From positions 4,289-68,288 of the forward strand of contig CAZPMT010000014.1 of the NCBI GenBank assembly GCA_964587655.1: a stretch of DNA of 64,000 bases. The letters are read 5' to 3'. Of this stretch, positions 29,301 through 37,091 are shown piece after piece. The stretch's first letter is position 1, and the number at the start of each line of letters is the position of its first letter. Both the position numbers and the translations under genes were made by a program. The DNA is from an uncultured Nitrospiraceae bacterium (lineage in GTDB: Bacteria; Hydrogenedentota; Hydrogenedentia; Hydrogenedentales; SLHB01). A model generated the notes under the pieces. The model was not told the DNA's origin. It saw nothing but the letters and a program-made list of their open reading frames with translations, and did not search any database.

Positions 29301-29923
29301 GCGAGGGCCACCGCTTCCAGGCGGACCTCAACACCAGGAAAACCGGGATCGCTCACGACGTAGTCCATTCGCCCGTCAACGTAACGCACGTCGAGGTCCG
29401 CCCACTGATGCAGCCACTTGCTCGTGCCCGCTTCTGAAGTCAGCCCGATGAAAAGATGTCCAAGAAGGCCGCCCGCCGAATGAAAATCAAACAGGAATCG
29501 CGGTTCGTTGTACGCCACCACCAGCGGACGGAAACCGCATTGCGGAAACTTCGCACGTTCGGCCTCCGTCCAGACGAGCGACTTGTCCGCGGGCGGATAC
29601 AACGGCCTTCGATGAAGGCGTGGATTTTCCTTCCCCGGCAGCGTGGCAAAGGCATGCCCCGCCCCGTAATCGCTCGCGCCGGTGTTCACCACGCCGATCT
29701 GCGTACCCGGCCGGAGGCGGGGTGCACCCGGCTCCGCCGTGAGTCGAATCCGCCACCCGCCCTCAATCGGCAAATAGCAATCCACTACCCTCACGGATTC
29801 CTGCGCGGTAGCCACCGACAGTACACAGAACCACATCACCAGCGCTAGGGACACCACGCCGCTGCGCCAAAACCCTACTACCATCCCACTGGATGCAGGA
29901 AATCCTTCTCCTCCTTCCGTCAC
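26345..29923 (-). CDS. Large secreted protein (about 1190 aa), putative glycoside hydrolase. The central region looks like an (alpha/alpha)6-toroid glycosidase; no family is assigned
   Basis: N-terminal signal 'MVVGFWRSGVVSLALVMWFCVLSVATA'. Trp/Tyr/Gly-rich segments 'HGGWSWRFGYLGWRGWYGM' and 'YENALNTWISDSHWYIQGQ' are typical of six-hairpin glycosidases. Start at GTG 29923 (AAGGAG upstream) or ATG 29884. Confidence 0.55.
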   Translation of the reverse strand: MTEGGEGFPASSGMVVGFWRSGVVSLALVMWFCVLSVATAQESVRVVDCYLPIEGGWRIRLTAEPGAPRLRPGTQIGVVNTGASDYGAGHAFATLPGKENPRLHRRPLYPPADKSLVWTEAERAKFPQCGFRPLVVAYNEPRFLFDFHSAGGLLGHLFIGLTSEAGTSKWLHQWADLDVRYVDGRMDYVVSDPGFPGVEVRLEAVALARSAGLIVKVAVKGLDAPARLTWAYGGASGFFTNYAMTDLAFSFAPAQCAKDRIQWIGNRFELHRSFDKSDSIMEQVFAAPRFIPDWQAVIQGGDSWTSKTGCGDPNAFATCPSALSRATEWHSTRSDAQANRVAVAEVELTREGYIVIGMGGDIEEAIRHPKQAWEAALGRNKSIASRVCTQTPDPHLDAAARMMLFATEGTWGDSTVMHGGWSWRFGYLGWRGWYGMTCSGCTDRIQRAIRNFVSLGLVKKGDDAGALTSLLDTPGGVFYNMNEVFLDHVRHYFDYTNDLELMREIFPILKGIVEWEGRRLQPGNEFLYENALNTWISDSHWYIQGQCAQASAYMLGAHRFLANLARRLGEDPKPFEERAEAIRAAMQKKLWMPREGVFAEYVDTRAAKLLHRQPELPTIYHSAEFGAADQFQIYEMLHWADTNLGTEAAPGGGKQFWSSNWFPNSGRSYTHSTHEMAYAEELNFALTNYLGGRADEAYSILRSTLCGIFNGPTPGGLSCHSFADGRQRANDEFADAISMWMRTVTEGLFGIAPKLPDGYVQLTPQFPSEWSEASIKTPLFSYKWRRNPEGTSIEWESVERNLVHLRLPLQASQVDRVTVDGKEKPFRVEPGIGVSWLVVETEPGRRGNITATYVSANARVTSEQCVKRNTDYELSLPNARITDFRDTQRILANPTLRDGVLRGAVQCDPGPGLLFVLSGKKECETWLPVSLRIEGEAPKQMPAVWAAPRLPDRDLARWNLIDLKSAYNSTILEALGKVSKEATPPPPGASTVGFDYWKDHLGARHHGDPVQVPSDAAWRAKVGADSVAWTTDGIPFKTAKEGPNIGIVTQAGAFPTTIEFPVNASGKTLYLMLSGMSFPTQSYVPNLRVTLEYENGDTDSKDLVSPIDIGDCWSTWCGRWHDTAANGFENLGGRFGPAGSSQVQDITKPVNVDTEAHLVAFDLRPGALLKSVRLDAVANDVIFGVMGATVLR

Positions 29924-29941
29924 GCTCAGATAACTCCTTGT

Positions 29942-30139
29942 CTATTTCTTGGGACGCGGAGGAGGATCGGGAATGGGATCTGGCGGCCCAATCTCTGTAC
30001 GCGAAGGCCCGTGGGGTTCTGACGGCGCGGGCGGCGGCGCAGGCCTTGTCGGCCGGCTTGGCGCAGGCGGCGGCGCAGGTGTTGGCTTGGATGGCTCAGG
30101 CCGCGTTGACGAAGGCTTCTCTCTGTCACTCATTGACAT
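29942..30139 (-). CDS. Small proline-rich ORF (65 aa), possibly co-transcribed with the downstream glycosidase gene
   Basis: 'MSMSDREKPSSTRPEPSKPTPAPPPAPSRPTRPAPPPAPSEPHGPSRTEIGPPDPIPDPPPRPKK'. Ends 18 bp before the glycosidase start. May be a GC-context artefact. Confidence 0.25.
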   Translation of the reverse strand: MSMSDREKPSSTRPEPSKPTPAPPPAPSRPTRPAPPPAPSEPHGPSRTEIGPPDPIPDPPPRPKK

Positions 30140-30155
30140 GCCCTTTACCTCCAGA

Positions 30156-30716
30156 TTAATGTTTCTTCTTTAGTTCCAAACGAGTGTTCAGGGCGTCCTG
30201 AGCCCTACGCTCAAGTCGTTTAGTTCGCATAGTATCTTGCTTGATGCGCCCAATGCCCTGCGCGTATCGCGTTCGGTATCGATCGAGCTTGCCCTGGAAC
30301 TCCGTCACTGGGAAGGTAGGGTTGACTGCCATCCGGCCACGCAAACCCTCCAGCTCCACCCTAAGCACCGCGAAGTAGTTTGTGAGCGGACACAAATCGC
30401 GCAGGCGTGTCGGAACAGCAAACTGCGTGTGCAAGATTGCTGAAAACGCGCCCACGCCCGCGAGAATCGTCCACATGGTTCTAAAGTACGGTTGGTTCCA
30501 TAGCGCCCAACCAGCTACTGCCGATCCCGACGCAGTGAGAGCCACGAAGACTCTGGACAACTCGTCCAAGGTTGACCATCTCCTGACGACTTGCTCGACG
30601 CAAATCTCCTCGAAGTAGACTTGATAGTAGAGGCGCCACGCCTCGCCCCACAGCTCATCTCTGGGATCATGGTTCATCTTGTCCCCTCCCGACCACTCCG
30701 CGCTGTGGCACGCCAT
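30156..30716 (-). CDS. Hypothetical two-TM membrane protein (186 aa) with AT-richer codon usage than its neighbours
   Basis: Two adjacent predicted helices 'VFVALTASGSAVAGWALW' and 'MWTILAGVGAFSAILH', flanked by charged helical segments. No catalytic motifs. Confidence 0.5.
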   Translation of the reverse strand: MACHSAEWSGGDKMNHDPRDELWGEAWRLYYQVYFEEICVEQVVRRWSTLDELSRVFVALTASGSAVAGWALWNQPYFRTMWTILAGVGAFSAILHTQFAVPTRLRDLCPLTNYFAVLRVELEGLRGRMAVNPTFPVTEFQGKLDRYRTRYAQGIGRIKQDTMRTKRLERRAQDALNTRLELKKKH

Positions 30717-30960
30717 TCAGAGCCACCTGTCAATCGTTTCAGCTTTGTAACACATCTCCTACCGCGACTCAGACCGAGTGTAATTATACACAGAGAAGGC
30801 CGTAGCGTCAAATTCCGGCATGTCTTCAGACACGCGTTACAGAGGCAGAAGTGGAGCCTATGCCAAGTTCCGTATGTCTTGCCCCTTGCCTTGACCATTG
30901 CGTCTGTTGTCTCCGAAGTAGCGGCCTTGCCTCCCTTCGATCCATATCGATCGCCGGTAA

Positions 30961-32427
30961 TCAGAACGTGAAGTAGATAAACTCACGGTGCCTAAACACG
31001 CCGAACAGAAAAATGATCCAGAGCAACGCCGAGTAGGCCGTCCAGCGCAAGACAAGCGGGTGCCGGGCAAGCATACGCCGCACGTTTCCTCGTGACTGGA
31101 GTAAGTGGCCGCATTCAAGGATCGCGATCATAGCAAGCACAAGCAGAAACTCGTTCTGCGGAAGCCCGAGTGAGAACACGGAATCGGCCAGTCGCGACGC
31201 GTCAAACACGACGTCCCATCCCGTTAGCAGATGCCCGATGATGTAGAACGCGTCGGAGATACTGTTCGCTCGGAAGAAGATCCACGCGAATGTCACCAAC
31301 CCGAAGGTCGTCAGCGTCTGCAAGCCCCGATGGAGGCCCGGGCACGAGGAGAGGCGCAGGAGCGAAACGCATCGCTCCCGAACGGGACGCGATACCTGGC
31401 CGACGATCATGTAGCTTCCGTGAAGCGCGCCCCATGCCAGGAATTTCCAACTCGCGCCGTGCCACAGACCGCTAAGCGCGAACACGATCATGATGTTCAA
31501 ATACCACCGCGGGACCGACACGCGATTGCCGCCAAGGGGAATGTACAGATAATCGCGGAACCACGTGGACAGGGAAATGTGCCAGCGGCGCCAGAAATCC
31601 GCCGAGGAGGTCGCGTAGTACGGGCGTCGGAAGTTTTCCATCAGGCGGAACCCCAGCATCTGCGCGGAGCCAATCGCCATGTCCGAGTAACCCGAGAAGT
31701 CGCAATAGATCTGAACCGCGAAAAAGAGCGTGGCAATTGCGAGGCCGAGTCCCTCGTATTCGCCCGGCTGGTTGTACACCTGATCCACGAGCTGCGCGAG
31801 GCGATCCGCGATGACCGACTTCTTGAACAGCCCCCACATTATGAGTTTCAGGCCATCGGTTGCATTGTCATAGTCGAAACGGTGCTTCTCGAAGAACTGC
31901 GGAAGCAGATTCTGTGCGCGCTCAATAGGACCGGCGACGAGCTGCGGGAAAAAGCAGACATAGGCAGCGAAGATGCCGAGCCGCCTTTCGACTTTGACCG
32001 TGCCCCGATAGACGCCGATTGTGTACGTGAGACTTTGAAAGGTGTAGAAGGAAAGGCCGACCGGCAACAGGAAATGCGTCGCCGGCAGCGAGATGCCCAG
32101 GTCCAGCTTGTCGGTAACGAGCCGCAGGCTGTCGTTGAAGAAGTTGTAGTACTTGAAGAAGAAGAGCATGCCGAGGTTTGAGCACAGGCTGAGGATCAGG
32201 TATCGCCGCCGAACCGTCTGGCTCGAGGCCGCCCCCATAAGCAGACCCGCCGCGTAGTCGATCACGGTCGAAATGATGATGAGCACGACGTAGCCGGGCT
32301 TCCAGCACATGTAGAAGTAGTAGCTCGCGAGCAGGAGAAGGGCCCAGCGGAACCGATGCGGGACCGCAAAATAGATCGCAACGACGATGGGAAAGAAGAT
32401 CGCGTATTGCGTGCTGTTGAAGAGCAT
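30961..32427 (-). CDS. MBOAT-family membrane-bound O-acyltransferase (AlgI/DltB-like)
   Basis: Multi-TM protein. 'WRRWHISLSTWFRDYLYIPLGGNR' contains the conserved MBOAT His. 'FWGLFKK' is also a family-conserved segment. Confidence 0.85.
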   Translation of the reverse strand: MLFNSTQYAIFFPIVVAIYFAVPHRFRWALLLLASYYFYMCWKPGYVVLIIISTVIDYAAGLLMGAASSQTVRRRYLILSLCSNLGMLFFFKYYNFFNDSLRLVTDKLDLGISLPATHFLLPVGLSFYTFQSLTYTIGVYRGTVKVERRLGIFAAYVCFFPQLVAGPIERAQNLLPQFFEKHRFDYDNATDGLKLIMWGLFKKSVIADRLAQLVDQVYNQPGEYEGLGLAIATLFFAVQIYCDFSGYSDMAIGSAQMLGFRLMENFRRPYYATSSADFWRRWHISLSTWFRDYLYIPLGGNRVSVPRWYLNIMIVFALSGLWHGASWKFLAWGALHGSYMIVGQVSRPVRERCVSLLRLSSCPGLHRGLQTLTTFGLVTFAWIFFRANSISDAFYIIGHLLTGWDVVFDASRLADSVFSLGLPQNEFLLVLAMIAILECGHLLQSRGNVRRMLARHPLVLRWTAYSALLWIIFLFGVFRHREFIYFTF

Positions 32428-32522
32428 GGCGTCCGGATTCCGGGTTTCCGCGGCCTCAGAGCGTGTACGGAAAGTGTCCGCACCGTTCCAGTGGGAAGTC
32501 GCAACCTATCTGAGGGCGCCAG

Positions 32523-32671
32523 CCATGTAGGTCCGGTTTGTAACCGGACCAGCTCAGCGGCGTCCGCAATATGTCGCGCATGACTTGGTCCGGTTACAAA
32601 CCGGACCAGCTCAGCGGCGTCCGCAATATGTCGCGCATGACTTGGTCCGGTTACAAACCGGACCTACATGG
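32523..32671. repeat. 149-bp element: three copies of a perfect 21-bp palindrome alternating with two identical 37-bp units, flanked by an 8-bp inverted repeat
   Basis: The palindrome is GGTCCGGTT-tgt/aca-AACCGGACC at 32530-50, 32588-607 and 32645-64; the first copy has the inverted centre. Two identical 37-bp units AGCTCAGCGGCGTCCGCAATATGTCGCGCATGACTTG at 32551-87 and 32608-44. Flanked by CCATGTAG / CTACATGG. Lies in the divergent MBOAT/amidohydrolase intergenic region. Confidence 0.8.
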
Positions 32672-32810
32672 ACTTCCCGTACACCCTCTCAGAAGACAAC
32701 TTGCGCAACGTGCGCCGTCAAAGGTAGCCGCCAGCACCCTCCGTGTCAAGCGCCCTATGGATTTGGTAGAATCCGTGGAGCGTTTCCACGACGATGGGAG
32801 GCAAGTCCAT

Positions 32811-33674
32811 ATGATCATTGATGCACACAATCATCCCGATTGGCACGGACACGATCTGAAGAGATTCCTCGCCAACATGGAACAGTACAACATCGACAAG
32901 ACCTGGCTGTTGAGTTGGGAGGCGCCGGCGGACGAATGCGATCCATCTTATAACAACGTCATCCCGCAGACGGCGACGACGGTTCCGATCCCGTTCTCGC
33001 GCTGTTTGAGCTACGTAGAGCGGGCACCGGACAAGTTTATTCTCGGCTATGCGCCCGATCCGCGACGCCCCGAGGCCATTGACCTGCTCGAAGCGGCCAT
33101 CGACACGCATGGCGTCCGCGTCTATGGGGAATTGAAGCTCCGTATGATGTACGACGACCTCGATGCGATCAGGATGTACCGTTTCTGCGGCAAGAAAGGG
33201 CTTCCCGTGACGGTCCACATCGACTACGAGTTCGATACGGGCCGGAAGTATCCGCGGCCGAACTGGTGGTACGGCGGCGGATTCGATCCGTTTGAACGCG
33301 CGGTGCGGACGTGCCCCGAAACGATCTTCCTCGGCCATGCGCCGGGCTTCTGGTCGCACATCTCCGGCGATGACAGATACGACAAAGAGGGTTATCCCCA
33401 AGGGCCGGTGCTTCCCGGCGGGCGCGTCGTCAAGCTGTTGCGCGAGTGCCCGAACCTCTACTGCGATCTCTCCGCCGGATCGGGCCACAACGCCATGTCA
33501 CGCGATCCCGCGTTTGGAAAGGAATTTCTCCTTGAGTTCCAGGACCGCGTACTCTACGCGCGCGACTACTTCGACAACGTCCACCAGGAGTTTCTAAACG
33601 GTCTCGGATTGCCCAAGGACGTCCTCGATAAAATCTACTGCGGCAACGCGCTGAGACTTGTGCCGTTGCCATAA
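32811..33674 (+). CDS. Amidohydrolase-2 family TIM-barrel metal-dependent hydrolase
   Basis: 'MIIDAHNHPDW...' is the family-typical start. 'VTVHIDYE' and the C-terminal 'IYCGNALRLVPL' are also typical. The ORF-track start at 32571 runs through the repeat element and is rejected. An alternative ATG at 32757 is possible. Confidence 0.7.
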   Translation: MIIDAHNHPDWHGHDLKRFLANMEQYNIDKTWLLSWEAPADECDPSYNNVIPQTATTVPIPFSRCLSYVERAPDKFILGYAPDPRRPEAIDLLEAAIDTHGVRVYGELKLRMMYDDLDAIRMYRFCGKKGLPVTVHIDYEFDTGRKYPRPNWWYGGGFDPFERAVRTCPETIFLGHAPGFWSHISGDDRYDKEGYPQGPVLPGGRVVKLLRECPNLYCDLSAGSGHNAMSRDPAFGKEFLLEFQDRVLYARDYFDNVHQEFLNGLGLPKDVLDKIYCGNALRLVPLP

Positions 33675-33688
33675 GCGTCGACGGACCG

Positions 33689-34111
33689 TTACATGTCGAT
33701 GTCCATCCCGGTGACCTTCCAGCCGTCATTTTCCTTTGCGCTGGAGAAGTTCGCCGTGGTGGAGCCGAAAGCGCCTTCGATGGACACCGGACCCACGGTC
33801 GCCGTCTTGCCGGTAATCACGATCTTGGCCGGCGTCATGTCGATCGCAAGATCCTTGAGATAGCCCATGCCCTTTGCGTTCTCCATGAAGCCTTTGAAAC
33901 CCTTCTTGTCACCCATTTGCGCGTTGGAGAAACTTTCCGAATAAAACGCGAGCAGCTTCTCGATATCTCCGGCCTTGATCGCCGCGATGGAATCCTGAAT
34001 GCTCTTCGAGAGCAGTTCCTCGTCCGAGGGGCCTTTAGTGGTCTGACAACCGCAGAGACTAACCACCGACAATAGACTCACGACGCACAACATCACAATT
34101 GGCCTTCTCAT
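33689..34111 (-). CDS. Small lipoprotein of unknown function
   Basis: 'MRRPIVMLCVVSLLSVVSLCGCQT' is a lipobox. AAGGAG RBS upstream. The ORF-track N-terminal extension is rejected. Confidence 0.55.
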   Translation of the reverse strand: MRRPIVMLCVVSLLSVVSLCGCQTTKGPSDEELLSKSIQDSIAAIKAGDIEKLLAFYSESFSNAQMGDKKGFKGFMENAKGMGYLKDLAIDMTPAKIVITGKTATVGPVSIEGAFGSTTANFSSAKENDGWKVTGMDIDM

Positions 34112-34203
34112 CATCGTCTCCTTTCCATTGTTTTGTCTACGATGCCCCGTCCGGTGCACACGCACCGTGAACATCCTTGTACACATTGGCCTTGACGGCC
34201 TGA

Positions 34204-35238
34204 CTAAAGCTGCACGGGCCGGCCCGTTCTCGCCGACGCGTAACATGCGGCCAAGACCTCCTGACTCCACAAGCCAATCTCGCCATCGACCGGCGCTTGC
34301 GTGTTTTCGAGCACGGCCTCGGAGAATGCTTCGACCTCCGCCTGGTACATGTTGACGGGCTTTGGCGCAATGGGCGTGCCGTCTTCAAGAACGCGGCCCT
34401 GCTCTGCGTCATAGCCGTCGGCGGATTCCTTGAGATATGCGGTCATCGTGCCGATCTCGCCTTGACCGATCGTCCCTTCGGTGAGGATGCTGCCCAGCGA
34501 TCCGTAGATCTCGAGGCGATTCTTCGAACTCTCATCGGGAACGTTGAACAGGCAATCGACTACGCCCTTTGCGCCACTCTCAAAATCCAAGAGAACGACG
34601 GAGGTGTCTTCACTGCGGTATTTCTGAACGAGATTCGCCGTCAGACAGAAGACCTGGCGGGCCTTCCCGAAAAACATCTCGAGCAGATCGATGCAGTGTC
34701 CGCCGAGGTCCATGAGGCTCCCGCCGCCGCCCGTCTTCGGGTCTTGCCGCCATGCCCCCTCGATGGGGGGATACCAGCATGAGAGTTGCGCCCGCGCAAA
34801 GACGGGGGTGCCGAGCCGCCCGGCCCGGATGAGTTGCAGCGCCGCCTGGTGCTGCGCGTGGAAACGCATCATGAGGCCCGTGCCGAGTTTCACGCCGCAA
34901 TCACGGCACGCGGCGATCATGCGCCCGCCTTCTTCGACGGTCATCCCGAGCGGCTTCTCGCAGAGCACGTGTTTTCCGGCCTTAGCCGCGCGCAGGACCT
35001 GTTCGCAATGGAGATACGCGGGCGTCGCCACGTATACGACGTCGCATGCCGAGGCCAACAGTTCTTCCTCAGTCGCGCACGCCTTTGCGGCGAACTGCCG
35101 CGCGACTTCCGCGTTGGCCGATTGGTTCGGATCGTACACGGCGACCAGTTCGGCGTTCGCGGCCCTGACGATTCCTTCGGGTATGGTTCGCCGCCGTGCA
35201 ATCCCACACGAACCCAACACACCCCATTTCGTCTTCAT
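34204..35238 (-). CDS. Gfo/Idh/MocA-family NAD(P)-dependent oxidoreductase
   Basis: Rossmann N-terminus 'KWGVLGSCGIARRRTIPEG'; 'EKPLGMTVEEG' is the family-conserved EKP motif. Confidence 0.8.
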   Translation of the reverse strand: MKTKWGVLGSCGIARRRTIPEGIVRAANAELVAVYDPNQSANAEVARQFAAKACATEEELLASACDVVYVATPAYLHCEQVLRAAKAGKHVLCEKPLGMTVEEGGRMIAACRDCGVKLGTGLMMRFHAQHQAALQLIRAGRLGTPVFARAQLSCWYPPIEGAWRQDPKTGGGGSLMDLGGHCIDLLEMFFGKARQVFCLTANLVQKYRSEDTSVVLLDFESGAKGVVDCLFNVPDESSKNRLEIYGSLGSILTEGTIGQGEIGTMTAYLKESADGYDAEQGRVLEDGTPIAPKPVNMYQAEVEAFSEAVLENTQAPVDGEIGLWSQEVLAACYASARTGRPVQL

Positions 35239-35275
35239 GATTCGATTCTTACTCCTGCTTTCGCAAATGCGGACC

Positions 35276-35614
35276 TCAGTTGAGGACCCTGATAACGATC
35301 AAGGTTGCCGCGAGACACGCCGCAAAGCTCATCCCCGCGGCTGCAAGTTTCTCGCGCGTGCTGCGCTTTCGCGAAGACGCCCGCAGAAGCCCGCAATGAA
35401 GCGCGACAATCGCCGCGACCGACACCTTGGCGAGCGCACTGACCAATGGCGAGTACTTCAGCGCCATCAGGATCAGGTTGTCCTCCGCGAATACGCCCGG
35501 ACTAAACATGCGCGGCGTTACGTAGCGCGCGAAGACCGCGCCGTAGACCGCGCCCACGGCCCCGGCCACCAAAGCCCTTAGAACAACGCTTTTTCGGTTG
35601 ACGCCTCGCATCAT
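35276..35614 (-). CDS. Small hypothetical membrane protein (112 aa)
   Basis: Three predicted hydrophobic helices. Sits between the oxidoreductase and aminotransferase genes on the same strand. Confidence 0.4.
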   Translation of the reverse strand: MMRGVNRKSVVLRALVAGAVGAVYGAVFARYVTPRMFSPGVFAEDNLILMALKYSPLVSALAKVSVAAIVALHCGLLRASSRKRSTREKLAAAGMSFAACLAATLIVIRVLN

Positions 35615-35650
35615 GCCCGCGATGTCTCAGGGGCCTGTGCGATCATTTCT

Positions 35651-36925
35651 CTATTTCGAGTACGCCTGAATGACCTTCCTGATTGCCTTGGCGATGCCAT
35701 GCATGAGTTCCTCCTCGTAGGTCGGGAAGATGAACGTGATGAACGTGCGCGACTGATGCCAGATGGCGTTCGGCACATCGACCTTCGAGTAGTCCACGGA
35801 TGCCGGGTCGGCGTATTCCTTGCTCTCGAACGGGAACTTCGAGTCGCCGAAACCGTTGTGATCGCGGAACGCGCGCTCCGTGTGACACTGCGGCCAGAAC
35901 ACCCGCCAGCACGGCGCGCCCTCCGCGCCGAGAGCATCGAGGAACGCCGCCATGTCGCAGGTCATATTGTCGATATCGAGCGTGATCGGGAACACGTACC
36001 AGCCGTTCCGCCGCTCCGGCGTGTCGACGGGAAGGTAGAGGATTTGGGACAGATCTTTCAGCGCGTCCAAGATGATCTGTGCGTTGCGCCTGCGCCGCGG
36101 CATATTCCAGGTGTCGATGCGATCGAGTTCGCAAAGTCCGATCGTCGACTGCATCTCCGTCATGCGGTAGTTCCAGCCGAGCATGTTGTGGATGTACGGA
36201 AGCTTCTGCTCCATTTCGAGAAGGCGCAGCCGCTCGCGAACATCGTAGCCGTGATCGCGGAAACTACGGCATCGCCAAGCCACGTCCTCATCATCGGTGG
36301 TGACCATGCCGCCTTCGCCGCCCGTCGTGAACGTCTTGTTCTGACAAAAGCTGCACGCGCCACTGTCTGCGATGCTGCCGGTCTTCTTGCCCTTGTAGAC
36401 CCCGCCGAAGGCCTCAGCATTGTCCTCGATGACGTAGAGATCGTGCTTTTCCGCCAAGTCAATGATCGGATCCATATCCGCCACGTTGCCGTAGAGATGC
36501 ACCGGCATGATCGCCTTCGTGCGTTTCGTGATCAGCTTCTCGATCGACGCGACGCTGATGCAATGGTCTTCGCGATTGACATCCGCGAACCGCGGTATCG
36601 CGCCTGCTTGCAGGATCGAAAACGAACTCGCGATGAACGTGTAGCTCGGCACGATGACCTCATCGCCCGGCCCGATGCCGAGTCCCGCCAGCGCCGTATG
36701 CAGCGCACTCGTACCGTTCGTAGTGCTGATGGCGAACTTCGATCCCTGCCATTCCGCGAACCGTTTCTCGAACTCCATCCCCTTCGGCCCGGTCCAGTAA
36801 TTCACTCGTCCACTACGCAAAGTATCCGCGACCGCCTGCACCGTACGATCATCAAACCACGGCCAAGGCGGAAGCGGTCCCTGGACGCATTTCGGCCCCC
36901 CCTGTACAGCAAGCTTCTCACTCAT
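35651..36925 (-). CDS. DegT/DnrJ/EryC1/StrS-family PLP-dependent sugar aminotransferase
   Basis: 'VIVPSYTFIASSFSILQAGAIPRFADV' and 'SFCQNKTFTTGGEGGMV' carry the family Lys in the SFxxxK context. Confidence 0.85.
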   Translation of the reverse strand: MSEKLAVQGGPKCVQGPLPPWPWFDDRTVQAVADTLRSGRVNYWTGPKGMEFEKRFAEWQGSKFAISTTNGTSALHTALAGLGIGPGDEVIVPSYTFIASSFSILQAGAIPRFADVNREDHCISVASIEKLITKRTKAIMPVHLYGNVADMDPIIDLAEKHDLYVIEDNAEAFGGVYKGKKTGSIADSGACSFCQNKTFTTGGEGGMVTTDDEDVAWRCRSFRDHGYDVRERLRLLEMEQKLPYIHNMLGWNYRMTEMQSTIGLCELDRIDTWNMPRRRRNAQIILDALKDLSQILYLPVDTPERRNGWYVFPITLDIDNMTCDMAAFLDALGAEGAPCWRVFWPQCHTERAFRDHNGFGDSKFPFESKEYADPASVDYSKVDVPNAIWHQSRTFITFIFPTYEEELMHGIAKAIRKVIQAYSK

Positions 36926-37091
36926 GGTTCATCATCCTTCCGTGTCGCAGCCCTCTGATCCCATTTCCCAGTCACGCCGGTTAGAGCCTACTTACTCGCA
37001 TCGCGAAAAGCAAAGCGGGTTGAACGTATCCCGTGCAAGTGAGAAGATAGGCTTAAGATGGAATGATCAACTGCGGAAGGAGACTGAATGT

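Noticed and set aside
30156-30716. Firm SLATT-domain (CBASS-type effector) call for the two-TM protein.
   Set aside because: Only the generic helix / two-TM / helix layout is visible. There is no cyclase, SMODS or SLOG partner nearby. Kept as a hypothesis in the findings only.
32523-32671. CRISPR-like array.
   Set aside because: Only three repeats. The 'spacers' are identical to each other and the repeats are perfect palindromes; no cas genes are present. It is reported as a tandem palindromic element.
32571-32810. Upstream extension of the amidohydrolase ORF (MSRMTWSGYKPDQLSGVRN x2).
   Set aside because: The extension is just the translation of the two 37-bp repeat units. The conserved 'MIIDAHNH' start is at 32811.
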